Below are positions 1 to 10,487 of a stretch of DNA of 64,000 bases, piece after piece. The DNA comes from Calditrichia bacterium (lineage in GTDB: Bacteria; Calditrichota; Calditrichia; RBG-13-44-9; J075), in the NCBI GenBank assembly GCA_050633245.1, contig JBOEGD010000012.1:131059-195058 (forward strand), read 5' to 3'. Under the pieces are notes generated by a model that was not told where the DNA came from, did no database searches, and saw only the letters and a program-made list of their open reading frames with translations. Within the stretch, counting starts at the first letter, position 1. Each line of letters opens with the position of its first letter. Position numbers and translations under genes: made by a program.

Positions 1-146
1 ATAAACTGCTTTGCTACATTTAGCGTCCGTTGCTTGTATTGAAAGGTAAATTCACTGTCTACCTTTTGCAACTTGGTAGAGAATTCTCCTGCAAAAGTTG
101 CTCCGGCAAATAATGCCAGAGCAACCCCGATAAATATACTTCTCAT
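1..146 (-). CDS. Secreted hypothetical protein, N-terminal part (runs off the window edge)
   Basis: Manual translation from ATG 146: MRSIFIGVALALFAGATFAGEFSTKLQK..., signal-peptide-like; GGGGGAGG RBS upstream; open to position 1. Confidence 0.7.
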   Translation of the reverse strand, partial: MRSIFIGVALALFAGATFAGEFSTKLQKVDSEFTFQYKQRTLNVAKQF

Positions 147-175
147 AATCCTCCCCCTATTCCAATTACTCTATC

Positions 176-952
176 TTAATCTCTTTTATGTTTGGTCTGC
201 TCGAAAATCATGCTTACAACGGCACCTTCTATCGGGAAAACGAGTTCAATGAAACGAGCTTCTTTGTCTATGGGAAAGAGCACGTGTCCGTCCATCGCAT
301 TGTAGGGTTTCAACGATGTCTTACGAACTGTTTCATTTGTCCACATGTCTCTGCTATAGCTGAGTCGTTCGAGTTTATTCACATATGCGCCATCCGGCTC
401 CGAGTCGACTACAATGACCACATCATCGTCATCGTGATGACTATGATGGTCACAATCATCGTGATGGTCATGGTCATCATCAGTCACAATATCGTGCACT
501 GTTTTTAGCACGCTGGCTACGACCAGAGTAGTTCCGATTACGTTAGCCGTTTTTTCCATGGCTATCGCAGCTTCTTCAACATGACCGATTTCCATAAGGC
601 GTTCTTCAGGATCAATTGCTGCTGTGCTTCGCAGACTCGTCTCATCGACAGGCGAGCTTAATACGCGATAGTAGAAGCGATCCGGTGTTACCAAAATCTC
701 ATCAGAAGTATAGTTTATGATCTCAACATCAAACATCATTTCATCTGCGGTATAATCCACAAATCCGGCTCGCACTTCTACGCTATCGGATGAAGACGTT
801 ACGTAGGCCGTTCCATAGACCCAGGTTCGCTCCTCACTAATTGGTGCCATACGTAAAATTGGTTGCGCTGAACAGCCAACCAGTAATAAGCCAAACATCG
901 AAATAAGCACTATTCGTTTCACATCAATACCCATTAACATTTTTTGCTCCAC
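176..952 (-). CDS. Hypothetical lipoprotein with His/Asp-rich segment
   Basis: 258-aa ORF; lipobox LLVGC; internal DDDHDHHDDCDHHSHHDDDD; exact start uncertain. Confidence 0.75.
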   Translation of the reverse strand: MEQKMLMGIDVKRIVLISMFGLLLVGCSAQPILRMAPISEERTWVYGTAYVTSSSDSVEVRAGFVDYTADEMMFDVEIINYTSDEILVTPDRFYYRVLSSPVDETSLRSTAAIDPEERLMEIGHVEEAAIAMEKTANVIGTTLVVASVLKTVHDIVTDDDHDHHDDCDHHSHHDDDDVVIVVDSEPDGAYVNKLERLSYSRDMWTNETVRKTSLKPYNAMDGHVLFPIDKEARFIELVFPIEGAVVSMIFEQTKHKRD

Positions 953-1104
953 ACGTTGTTTTTATCAAAAAATACGATTTGTCAATCACTCTCTGCTTAA
1001 CCTTTAGCAGATGTCTTGCCAAAAAAGAGCCCTGCTTCGAAAATTCAACACAGAAATTTGTTTTTATTTGACTTAGGGGAAATTCAGAACACGTATGGTG
1101 GCAG

Positions 1105-1133
1105 GACAACTGTTAACTTCGTTAACAGTTGTC
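1105..1133. other. Perfect 13-bp inverted repeat (hairpin or operator) downstream of csaA
   Basis: GACAACTGTTAAC-TTC-GTTAACAGTTGTC; no U-tract on the csaA strand. Confidence 0.6.
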
Positions 1134-1168
1134 TCATTAATTTTGTTAGCAGTGCATATGGAGTTGCG

Positions 1169-1513
1169 TTATGCGAGACGTAAACCGTTGTCTACAGCTT
1201 TGTCTGGAACAGCAAGAATAACGCTGCCGTCAGATTGAATCAGGCCGGTTACCAGACATTCGGACATGAATGGGCCTATTTGTTTTGGTGGGAAGTTGAC
1301 TACTGCCAGAATTTGCTTGCCGATTAATTCATCCAGCTGATAGTGCTCGGTAATCTGGGCGCTGGATTTTTTGATGCCCAGTTCACCAAAGTCGATCCAT
1401 AGTTTGTATGCCGGGCGGCGTGCTTCCGGAAATGGCTGTGCATCTATTATCGTTCCACTCCGCAATTCGACGTTTTCAAATTCCTGCCAGGTTAGCTTCG
1501 CTTGGTCAGCCAT
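1169..1513 (-). CDS. csaA: CsaA-type tRNA-binding / secretion chaperone (OB fold)
   Basis: Motifs ELRSGTI, ARRPAYKLWIDFG, KKSSAQIT, VVNFPPKQIGPFMSECL; GGAGG RBS. Confidence 0.92.
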   Translation of the reverse strand: MADQAKLTWQEFENVELRSGTIIDAQPFPEARRPAYKLWIDFGELGIKKSSAQITEHYQLDELIGKQILAVVNFPPKQIGPFMSECLVTGLIQSDGSVILAVPDKAVDNGLRLA

Positions 1514-1683
1514 CGTTACCTCCAGGTTCTGAGTATTTCACTTTAATGATTCGATTGCATGCTCTATACTTAATAAAGCCATTATAAAATTCAAAGCCAG
1601 GCTTTTATCGTCTTCGGGCAGCATTAATTCACGCGTAGCAGTTTGAGCTTAGAGTGATTTGGCACGGCTTGAGTGTGGATTAA

Positions 1684-1712
1684 TTTGGAGCAGTTTTGAA
1701 AACTGCTCCAAA
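1684..1712. promoter_or_regulatory. Perfect 14-bp palindrome in a divergent intergenic region (candidate operator)
   Basis: TTTGGAGCAGTTTT-G-AAAACTGCTCCAAA between divergent csaA and the M1 peptidase. Confidence 0.55.
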
Positions 1713-1885
1713 GGAGATAGAAATAGTTTCCAAAATTTGGCTCTTTTTTTCTAATATAGTACACACTTTCTAGCTCACAACACTGCTCCATTCTGACAAT
1801 GCTCCAGTCTTATAGGAAAAAATCGGTAACTTGCTCAAAATTGAACCCATTTTCAAATCTTCATCAATGCTATAGGAAAGTAATC

Positions 1886-3905
1886 ATGCGCTTTGCAAAA
1901 TTTTATCTAATACTTGCTCTTCTGTCCGCTTTCACGCTGGGTATGTTCGGTCAGGCCCACAACGCTGCCATTGCAACTTACACCATCAACTGTAGCTATA
2001 ACCCCGAGACGCGAATAATTGACGGCGAAATGCAGATATGGTGGTCAAAACCGCTTGAGCCAAAGGCTGAGGAGTTACAGTTTCACCTCTACCTAAACGC
2101 TTTCTCTGGGCCGAATTCAACATTTATGAAAGAATACGGAGAGTTTCCAACAAGCGTTGCCCAAAAATCAGGATATTGCAAGATTCAAAAGATTGAAATC
2201 TATAATATTGACGTTACCGAGTCGATGAAGTTCATCCAGCCGAATGATGGCAATGAGCATGACAGCACAGTAATTGCAATCCCGATTCCCGAACCGCAAG
2301 ACATAACGTTCAATGAGAATCCTAATACACCTACTCTGCTACTCTCAGCCGAAAGACAAAAATCAACACCACAGCTCTCCATAAAAATTAAATTCCAGTC
2401 TAAACTACCTGCATTGCTCGAGCGTGTAGGCGTGTATGAAGGCTTTATTATGGCGGCGCAATGGTTTCCTCAGTTGGGTGTATTAGAAGAGGAGGGCTGG
2501 AAATGTCATCAGTTTCACGCTAACTCCGAGTTTTATGCAAACTTCGGCACTTATGACGTGTCGCTTACGCTACCTGCCAATTATGTGGTCGGGGCGACAG
2601 GTGAGATGCTGGAACGCAAGATGTTACCCGGGTCGCTACAAAAACTGCGTTTTAAAGCCCGCCGTGTGCACGATTTTGCATGGTGTGCTGATGCTACAAT
2701 GAGTGAAGTTTGGGTAGCAGCCTCTGGACCACATGTATTTTGTGGTAACTCAATAATACAAAAAGAACAGAGTCAATCAGAGCGCCTTCAAAGCAATGCG
2801 AAGAGTCAGATACAGTCCGAGCCTCGTATCAGGCTTCTCTATCAGCCTGAACATGAGGGCCTTATTTCAGAGCGAATTTTAACCGCAGTTAAAGCAGGTT
2901 TGAATTATTATGAATCTCGCTACGGCAAATATCCCTATTTCACAAATAACTGTAATAGACGCCCCGGTTTTCAACGCCGTTATGGAGTATCCTACTCTTT
3001 TCCTAACCGGGAATTTCGACGGCTATAAAAATCCACCGGCACCGAAAGAGCCTTATCCAGACAATAATTTATTCCTGGAGAGATTGACGCTACATGAACT
3101 CGGACATCAGTGGTTCTACGGTGTCTGCGCTAATAATGAAGCAGAGGAAGCCTGGCTGGATGAAGGTTTAACGGAATATATCACCGCAAAAGCATTTGAG
3201 AGCCGTTATGGCAAAATCATGCAGCTCGACGAAAATGGTAAGCCGTTACACGTGCGAGATTTTCGCAAGGATCGCTATCTGGCAAATCCCAACGTATTGC
3301 CATCAACATCAAAGTCGTGGGAGTTTCCAACCTTCGGCGATTACTACATCGCCAGTTATGTGAAACCAAAGCTGCTCTTTTATACGCTGGACAATATCCT
3401 CGGTGAAGCCAAAATGCAGAGCATTATAAAAACCTTTTATCAACGCTTTTCCTTCCAGCATCCAAAAGCTGAAGACTTTTTTACAGTCGTTGAAGAAGTT
3501 GCCGGCAAGAATGTTCGCGAGCAGGTGGTCCATTTTCTATCCACCCAAGAAGTGTATGATGTCGGAGTGCGCACAACGAAGACACGTGCAGAAGTATTTG
3601 GAAATATGCCGCCCTTTTTTGCCGTTGAACAGATGATGCGGCTTCCAGAATATCATAGTTGGATGCTAATGAATGATCTGACTCTAAAAAAATATCATCC
3701 GATGAAAAGCAAGCGGGTCGTGAACATTGAAAAAGGGAATACTTTTAATCCCAAGTTCAAGCAGGAAAAGCCTTCTAACGAATCACAAAAGCCTGTTACA
3801 AAATCGACTTTGACCTACTTCATTTCTCTCGATCCCGACAGCCTGATAGAATTCGACGTTAATCGCGCGAACAACTACTTGCAAATCGAACCAGAGGAAA
3901 ACTAA
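1886..3905 (+). pseudogene. M1-family (gluzincin) metallopeptidase split by a +1 frameshift near 2938-2940 (or a sequencing error)
   Basis: ORF 1799..3028 carries the signal peptide and N-terminal domain (AQWFP, EFYANFG, VHDFAW); ORF 2910..3905 carries VMEYPTL, HELGH and WLDEGLTEY; removing one T gives continuous YPYSQITVIDAP. Confidence 0.85.
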
Positions 3906-3908
3906 TAG

Positions 3909-4016
3909 ACAGAACGCAAAACAGATAGCGGACAACCAGCCACCTCCGGCATATATTTTTATCGCCTTGAAAGTCCCGAAGGAATGCAGTATCGTAAAAT
4001 AATACTCATGAAATAA
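3909..4016 (+). pseudogene. Vestigial C-terminal sorting-domain tail (T9SS-CTD/FlgD-Ig-like)
   Basis: In frame after TAA TAG of the peptidase: TERKTDSGQPATSGIYFYRLESPEGMQYRKIILMK*. Confidence 0.7.
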
Positions 4017-4029
4017 ATTCGGGACTTCC

Positions 4030-5553
4030 ATGAAAGCTCTCCTTCCTTTATGTGCAGCTCTGCTACTATTGCAGAGTTGCGCAAATGCTCCTCAACCAAT
4101 TTCCGCAGACATCTGGATTAAAAATGCCATTCTCGTTGATGGCAGCGGTACAGCCCCCCAGTCCAATCAGCAGCTATTGATTCGTGACGGCAAGATTGTA
4201 GCCGTCGGAAAAACGGTAAATGCACTGGCAACTCGCGTTATTGATGCCAAAGGACGCGTTGTTGCACCGGGAATAATCGATCCGCATGCACATGGAAATC
4301 CGCTTGGAAAAGCCAGCTTCGAGAACTTTATCGCTATGGGTGTGACGACAATTGTACTCGGTCTGGACGGTTCGAGCACAATGACAAAAGATCTTGGTGC
4401 ATGGATGGACAACGTTCAGGAAAAACAGCCTCATTTAAATATTGCAACCTTCGTCGGACACGGTACCATTCGCCGCATGGCAAATGTTGTCGATACCTCG
4501 CACGCAGCTGTGGCACAGATTGATACGATGAAGGAATATTTATCAGAGGCATTTGCCGCTGGTGCGTTTGGCATGAGTACCGGCCTGGAATACGTGCCGG
4601 GCATCTACGCCTCCGAGGAAGAGCTGATTGAACTGGCTAAAGTGGTTGGTGCGAACGACGCGCTCATTATGAGCCATTTGCGCAGTGAAGATGATGATAC
4701 AATTGAACCCGCCATTGACGAACTTCTGCGGCAGGGGGAACACTGCAAGGTACACGTCTCTCATATGAAGATCGTCTATGGAAAAGGGGAAGCTCGTGCC
4801 AACGAAATCCTTGCTAGCCTGGCATCAGCACGCAAAAGCGGCATTCGGGTAAGTGCTGATGTGTATCCTTACACAGCGAGCTATACCGGAATCGGCATTG
4901 TTTTCCCATCATGGGCAAAAAAGACCGATCAGTTCGAGGAAGCAGTGAAAAAACGCCCACAGGAGCTACGAGAATACCTCCACAAGCGCGTCATGCAACG
5001 CAATGGCCCTTCGGCAACACTATTTGGAACAGGCGACTACAAGGGAAAAACGCTGGCAGAAGTTGCGAAAGAACAAAATCGCGACTTTGTTGACGTGCTA
5101 CTCGAACTTGGGCCGCGAGGCGCTTCCGGTGCCTACTTTGTAATGGATAAAGAACTTCAGGATGTATTTCTGAACGATCCCGAAATCATGATTTGTACCG
5201 ATGGATCGCCGGGGATGCGACATCCACGCGGTTATGGTAGTTACAGCAAGATTATAGAAGAATATGTTCAGCGCGATAAAACATTGACGCTGGAACAAGC
5301 CATTTACAAGCTGACTCATCTTCCAGCCAAAACAATTGGCTTAACAGATCGCGGACTTATTGCAGTCGGCATGGCTGCAGATCTAATTATTTTCGATCCG
5401 GCAAACGTGCGTAGCAAAACCGAATGGAGCGATCCTTATCAGCTTGCCGAAGGATTTGATATTGTAATTGTGAATGGAAAGGTGGCAAGAGAGAACGGCG
5501 AGCTAAGTGAAAGCAAAGCGGGTCGAATGCTTCGTAAGGCTACAGGCGGTTGA
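4030..5553 (+). CDS. N-acyl-D-amino-acid deacylase family amidohydrolase, lipoprotein
   Basis: Lipobox LLLQSC; APGIIDPHAH, GMSTGLEY, SHLRSE, HVSHMK, HPRGYG, GMAADLIIFD. Confidence 0.88.
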   Translation: MKALLPLCAALLLLQSCANAPQPISADIWIKNAILVDGSGTAPQSNQQLLIRDGKIVAVGKTVNALATRVIDAKGRVVAPGIIDPHAHGNPLGKASFENFIAMGVTTIVLGLDGSSTMTKDLGAWMDNVQEKQPHLNIATFVGHGTIRRMANVVDTSHAAVAQIDTMKEYLSEAFAAGAFGMSTGLEYVPGIYASEEELIELAKVVGANDALIMSHLRSEDDDTIEPAIDELLRQGEHCKVHVSHMKIVYGKGEARANEILASLASARKSGIRVSADVYPYTASYTGIGIVFPSWAKKTDQFEEAVKKRPQELREYLHKRVMQRNGPSATLFGTGDYKGKTLAEVAKEQNRDFVDVLLELGPRGASGAYFVMDKELQDVFLNDPEIMICTDGSPGMRHPRGYGSYSKIIEEYVQRDKTLTLEQAIYKLTHLPAKTIGLTDRGLIAVGMAADLIIFDPANVRSKTEWSDPYQLAEGFDIVIVNGKVARENGELSESKAGRMLRKATGG

Positions 5554-6535
5554 GTTTCCGCAGGGCCTGATATTTGTGAACATACATGCGAAGAATATTT
5601 CTGCGCTTGTCATATTTGCGCCATCTATCGGCAAACTCGCTAAAGGCTTTATCACCGGACATGCGCGTCAGTAAATCCAGCTGTGTTCCGATCATACGAA
5701 AATACATAATAGTTGCCGGATCCAGCTTTGGGTAAAAAGGCTGATCGCAAAGATTATAGCGCAGCCAATAACCAAGATCGTAACGCGGCAAGAGCTTTTT
5801 CAACGCCTTGCACCCTTCATCAAAAAGGCGTTTCGCCTCCGAGTTTTTATCAACAGCGCGAACATAATCGTATAATCCAAACAAGGCAAAAATAGAACCA
5901 TCCAGCACACCGGTAATAAAATGAGTTGGGTATTCCTCATACAATGGGCCGGCATCAGTGAATGTCGTTACGCCTTTCTCGCCTGCCGATACATCATATA
6001 TTTTCAATGCCGCTGTCGCCGATTGCAAATATTCCTCTCGGCCCGTCATCTGCCATGCGCGTAACAGAATAGAAATCGCCCGGCTTTGAGTAAATGCAGA
6101 CGGCCACGCCTCCATCATGCGAAACTCGGGCTTCGGAACATGAGTCAACCAGAATTCCCCAAGACGTTCATCACTCTCTTTATTGTCAATAAACCAGTCG
6201 GCGATTTTTAAAAAGCGTTTCTTATCTTCATCACCGTTCGTCTTTAGGCAAGTATGAAATATTGCCAGACCAAATTGGCCAATCGAAATAGGGTAATAAA
6301 CCAGCTTGCGTTCTTCCACATCGATGTAGGTGGGAATCATCGGAATGCCCTGATCATCAAAATGAAAATTCTGACTAACACCGGCACGCAGCTTTTCTTC
6401 ATCCATAACGAAATAGTATTCGCGTAGCTCTTTGGACTGCACGTCATCCGCCAGATCATATATGATCTTTTTTCGTCGCAGGTCCTTAAGCAACTTGCGC
6501 GACATAAAGCGTATTTTTTCGAGTTTTCCGGCCAT
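5540..6535 (-). CDS. D-glucuronyl C5-epimerase family protein
   Basis: YYPISIGQFGL, WPSAFTQSRAISILLRA, YEEYP, VLDGSIFALFGLYDY, LPRYDLGYWLRYNL; ATG at 6535. Confidence 0.85.
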   Translation of the reverse strand: MAGKLEKIRFMSRKLLKDLRRKKIIYDLADDVQSKELREYYFVMDEEKLRAGVSQNFHFDDQGIPMIPTYIDVEERKLVYYPISIGQFGLAIFHTCLKTNGDEDKKRFLKIADWFIDNKESDERLGEFWLTHVPKPEFRMMEAWPSAFTQSRAISILLRAWQMTGREEYLQSATAALKIYDVSAGEKGVTTFTDAGPLYEEYPTHFITGVLDGSIFALFGLYDYVRAVDKNSEAKRLFDEGCKALKKLLPRYDLGYWLRYNLCDQPFYPKLDPATIMYFRMIGTQLDLLTRMSGDKAFSEFADRWRKYDKRRNILRMYVHKYQALRKLNRL

Positions 6536-6542
6536 GTACAAT

Positions 6543-6689
6543 TGATGAGTTATGAATGATGGATGTTGAATTAAAGACAGGGGTCAGGAGTCAGGGGGCA
6601 GAAAATAAGCTGCCGTCTGTTAATTCCCGTCCTCTTTCTCACGTTTGTTATCTGCCGTCTTTTATCTTACGTCTTTTCTCTGCCGTATG
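6543..6689. repeat. Degenerate short-period low-complexity intergenic repeat
   Basis: Recurrent ccgtct/cccgtcc/cacgttt/tacgtct and tcaggag/tcagggg units. Confidence 0.4.
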
Positions 6690-7394
6690 TCATCCGTCAT
6701 TCACCAGCAGCCCCCGAGTCTCTTTACCACACATAAACAGAGCATCGACAATGGATAAGTGCGAGATAAAGTCACCCCAAAGCTGTGAATATTCGGGATG
6801 TTCAAACTTTGAATAAAGCAGCTTTATTCCGGCATCATCAAGCTGCTGTTCATTATTATATTCCCGACCACCACCAGTACCCGAAAGATAGGTATTGGCA
6901 TCAACCTCACGGCAGATATCAATAATCAAATCGGTTTTCTGTCCAAAATCAGTAAGAATTTCCGAAAGACGAACACATTTAGTTTCAATATCCAAATAGC
7001 TTGCAACGGCCTGAATCAATCCAATATTCAAGTCGATAAAGCTGGGTTGCTGCTGGATTTCTTTTTCAACAAGCGCATACACTTCTTCAAAAAATGGAGC
7101 CTTCTTATAGCCCAATTCCAGAGTTTTCAAATGCTTTTTCTTCCACTTGTCTCCGGCAAAAGCCACTTCAGTGTACAAAGCCTTACCGTCTTTTCCACCA
7201 GGCACGCTAAGCGGAATCGTCAGAAAACTGGAGCCATTTGGCGTTTTAATACGATTTCGCGGAGAAAAACTTTGTCCACGCGGATACTGCACAACATCAA
7301 GCAAAACAAAGACATCACTATGCAACATTTTAGAAAAATAGCCCAACCAGGGAATATAATTCGCCTGATGCATTGCCATAACGGTGGAACTCAT
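6690..7394 (-). CDS. WbqC family protein
   Basis: MHQANYIPWLGYFSKM, FVLLDVVQY, RNRIKT, YLSGTGGGREY, SHLSIVDALF. Confidence 0.92.
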   Translation of the reverse strand: MSSTVMAMHQANYIPWLGYFSKMLHSDVFVLLDVVQYPRGQSFSPRNRIKTPNGSSFLTIPLSVPGGKDGKALYTEVAFAGDKWKKKHLKTLELGYKKAPFFEEVYALVEKEIQQQPSFIDLNIGLIQAVASYLDIETKCVRLSEILTDFGQKTDLIIDICREVDANTYLSGTGGGREYNNEQQLDDAGIKLLYSKFEHPEYSQLWGDFISHLSIVDALFMCGKETRGLLVNDG

Positions 7395-7411
7395 TTTATC
7401 AGCCTCATAAC

Positions 7412-8407
7412 TTATGGGTGAGTTTGGGCAAATTTATCCATCAATGTCTTAAATGCCTGACGTTCGTCAGGCCGATCCAAATAAGTACGAAAAGGAAAGC
7501 TTTCCGGCGGCGCTTGGGCCAGGGTTAGTTCATTTCCGCTAAACTCCCTTGCTTTTTCCTGCACCGACTGCAATACAGACAGCGGATTCCCGGCAAGTTC
7601 TTCGTATCGGATCTTAATCGAACAGCCTGCATGTTTTTCAACTTCTATTTGATAAAACCGCTGTAGGAAGTAAACCTGTCCGGCAATTTGCTCCATATAG
7701 TCGAGATCCTTAATCTCGTCGTACTCAATCGGCGTATAGCTCCACCAGGTATTCAGATCTGTATAATACTTTTTTCGCGCCTGCAAAATAGAGATCGCGC
7801 TATCAAGCGGATCTCGCTCAATATAGACATACACCACCCGACCAAGTAATACCTTTAGTTTTTCAAGATGGTAGGAGCCAAAAATATTTTTGAATACCAT
7901 CGGCTTACCAAACTCGTGCTGAATGCTGGACAATACACGGCGTACATGGGTCCAATCGATCGCACTTTCACGCTCACGAACCTGCGTTACATCACTCATG
8001 TTTTCTTTCTTTAGCAAATCTCGCCAAAAGTAACCAAACTCATGGATGTCCTGAATCTCGGAGGTACGTGCATAGTCAGAATTAAAACTGCTGTAATTCC
8101 CGCTACCAAACATTGCCTTGGACAAACGAATACCGTGGATTGGCGCCAACCAGAAACGCGCGATAAGATTGTTAATATAGCCGCAATCGAGTGAAGCAGA
8201 CAGTAATTGACTCAGCAATGTCGTTCCAGATCGCGGCGCACCAAAAATAAAAATGAACGGCTCTTCAATAGGATAATCCTGATAATACGCCTGTTCGCGA
8301 TCGTACAGCGTCTTGTTCATTTCGAGGAAAAAATCCTCTGTCTCGGCAGCTTTAACGTAATTGCCTTGGCGCTTATCGTAAAAATCTTCCAGCGACTTGT
8401 CTGTCAT
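7412..8407 (-). CDS. PAPS-dependent sulfotransferase
   Basis: 5'-PSB loop FIFGAPRSGTTLL; 3'-PB motif RDPLDSAIS; IRYEEL. Confidence 0.9.
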   Translation of the reverse strand: MTDKSLEDFYDKRQGNYVKAAETEDFFLEMNKTLYDREQAYYQDYPIEEPFIFIFGAPRSGTTLLSQLLSASLDCGYINNLIARFWLAPIHGIRLSKAMFGSGNYSSFNSDYARTSEIQDIHEFGYFWRDLLKKENMSDVTQVRERESAIDWTHVRRVLSSIQHEFGKPMVFKNIFGSYHLEKLKVLLGRVVYVYIERDPLDSAISILQARKKYYTDLNTWWSYTPIEYDEIKDLDYMEQIAGQVYFLQRFYQIEVEKHAGCSIKIRYEELAGNPLSVLQSVQEKAREFSGNELTLAQAPPESFPFRTYLDRPDERQAFKTLMDKFAQTHP

Positions 8408-8528
8408 TCGTACATCCTCATAAAATAAAAAGATCAGCTAATAGCGGAATCAAAATGTCAAGCTGGCGCTTCGACTTCGCCTGGCGCAACAAAACCTCGC
8501 CATATATTTCCCATGCTTACAGATAAAA

Positions 8529-9170
8529 TTAAGTAATCAACCAGCGGATCATTTGAAAGGCTTCGGCATAGTGACTGCCGCTCTGCACGCCGCGAGTACG
8601 CGCCTGGCTCCGTACGAATTCTTCGTTTGCATAATTTCGACCCGCATTGATCTGAGATTGATAACAGGCAATCGAGTCTATTTTTGTACGAATGTGTTCT
8701 TCCTGCAAATGAACAAACGCATTTGTTGTCATCGTCAAATTATTCCACGGCATCTCATAACCCAAAATACGCTTAAATTTAAAGGCTCTTAAGCCTTCCA
8801 TATAAATCGTTTGATGGTCCTGATGCACGTCGCTACTTGAAGGGACGAATACCAAATCCGGATTAATCTCCTTGCGCATCTTCACCAACTCTTCCAGGAT
8901 TTCCTGCCGGAATTGCGGGAAGTGGCGAACGCGAAATCTAAAGTTGATCAGATTCTCCGGAGCTATCCCCAGCACCTTACTGGCTGCCTTCACTTCATGT
9001 AATAGAATATCCTTCGGTAAACCTTCAGGAACCGACTCTTCAGCAATGGAAAAGGTGGCATAGAAGACTTCTTTACCTTCATCTAAAAACTTGGTAATTG
9101 TGCCGCCACAGCCAAACTCACCGTCATCGGTATGAGGCCCTAAAACCAAAACGCGCTTAACATCCTGCAT
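8529..9170 (-). CDS. PIG-L/LmbE family N-deacetylase
   Basis: LGPHTDDGEFGCGGTI and HQDH zinc motifs; YQSQ; YAEAF. Confidence 0.9.
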   Translation of the reverse strand: MQDVKRVLVLGPHTDDGEFGCGGTITKFLDEGKEVFYATFSIAEESVPEGLPKDILLHEVKAASKVLGIAPENLINFRFRVRHFPQFRQEILEELVKMRKEINPDLVFVPSSSDVHQDHQTIYMEGLRAFKFKRILGYEMPWNNLTMTTNAFVHLQEEHIRTKIDSIACYQSQINAGRNYANEEFVRSQARTRGVQSGSHYAEAFQMIRWLIT

Positions 9171-9173
9171 AGT

Positions 9174-10475
9174 TTATTCCTTTTTCAATTTCTTGTCACT
9201 CAACTCTTCGAACAAACGCGCAAGCTGACCGACCTGATACTCACTTGTATAGAAAGCCAGATTTTCTTCATTAGCAAGTAACGTTGTTCCATTTGCCTGC
9301 CAATATGCATACCAACGCTGTAGAAAGCCGGCAATTCCGGGAATATCGTCGTAGGTAAACAGCTCACCACTCGCTGTTTCCTTCAACATGTGTTGCGAAA
9401 CGCTCGGCTTCACACCCAACGTTAAGATCGGCTTCCGCAGAGCCAGATAATCATATGTTTTTGCACCTACATTCTTATCGGCATAGGCACTTTGCGCGAC
9501 CGGACGAAACAATAACGCACTTTTTTTTGCAAACTGCATTAGTTCACTATGCGCCATGTAGGGCAGCCGCTGAATGTCCAAATGGCTATAGGAATTAAAT
9601 AGTTCATCAAACCCTTTGTAGGTCCGCCCGACAAAGCTGACGCTCACCTTGCCTTGCATTTCACTGGGAAGAGAATCGATCGACTTAAAAAGTGGCTCCG
9701 GATTTTGATAATTGCTAAGGCTTCCGATAAAAAGGATTGAGAACGTGTCCACATCGGCAGTAATATCCTGCAGCGGTTCAAATCCATTCTGAATAACCTC
9801 ATAGCGGTTTTCGGCCTTCTTTCCAAGCATATCTTTAACGCCTTCGCTTACTGTTATCACGGCATCTGCGGATTTCAGTACGCCTTTTTCCAGACGCGCA
9901 TCAAGGACACTACTAAACCGGTTCTTTTTCAGGCTGGCCGACCAAAAAGCCTCTGTCCATGGATCGCGGAAGTCTGCAACCCAGGGAACTCCGCTATGTT
10001 TCGCCAGTTTTTTTGCAATGAGCTGAACCGTATGCGGTGGAGAGGATGCGAATATCAGATCGATATTTTCTTCTTTTAGTATCCGCTTTCCTTCGTGTGT
10101 GGCCTTTGGAATCCAGCCAATTCGCGCATCCGGAATAAACACATTTGCACGCACCCAGGTAGCAATCTTGTTTTTGAGGCCGCCATTCTTATTCTCATTC
10201 AAGACGAAGGTTGGCAGCTTTTCACTATCTTGCTTCCCTGTTAGTTTCCGATAGATTTTGTAGGGCTCCAGAATTGAGGTGCGATAAACCCGACAACTTT
10301 CCGGAACCTTTTGCAACAGACTTTCATCCATCGCCGGATAGTCTCCATCCTCTACCGTCAATACGATGGGTTGCCATCCAAACTGTGGCAGCAGGCGTGC
10401 AAACTTCAACACTCGCTGAACTCCCGGACCGCCAGCGGGTGGCCAATAGTAGGTAATAATGAGCACTTTCTTCAT
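9174..10475 (-). CDS. GT4 family glycosyltransferase
   Basis: KKVLIITYYWPPAGGPGVQR, SSPPH, WVADFRDPW, KTYDYLALRKPIL. Confidence 0.9.
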   Translation of the reverse strand: MKKVLIITYYWPPAGGPGVQRVLKFARLLPQFGWQPIVLTVEDGDYPAMDESLLQKVPESCRVYRTSILEPYKIYRKLTGKQDSEKLPTFVLNENKNGGLKNKIATWVRANVFIPDARIGWIPKATHEGKRILKEENIDLIFASSPPHTVQLIAKKLAKHSGVPWVADFRDPWTEAFWSASLKKNRFSSVLDARLEKGVLKSADAVITVSEGVKDMLGKKAENRYEVIQNGFEPLQDITADVDTFSILFIGSLSNYQNPEPLFKSIDSLPSEMQGKVSVSFVGRTYKGFDELFNSYSHLDIQRLPYMAHSELMQFAKKSALLFRPVAQSAYADKNVGAKTYDYLALRKPILTLGVKPSVSQHMLKETASGELFTYDDIPGIAGFLQRWYAYWQANGTTLLANEENLAFYTSEYQVGQLARLFEELSDKKLKKE

Positions 10476-10487
10476 CAGCAACGGCCT

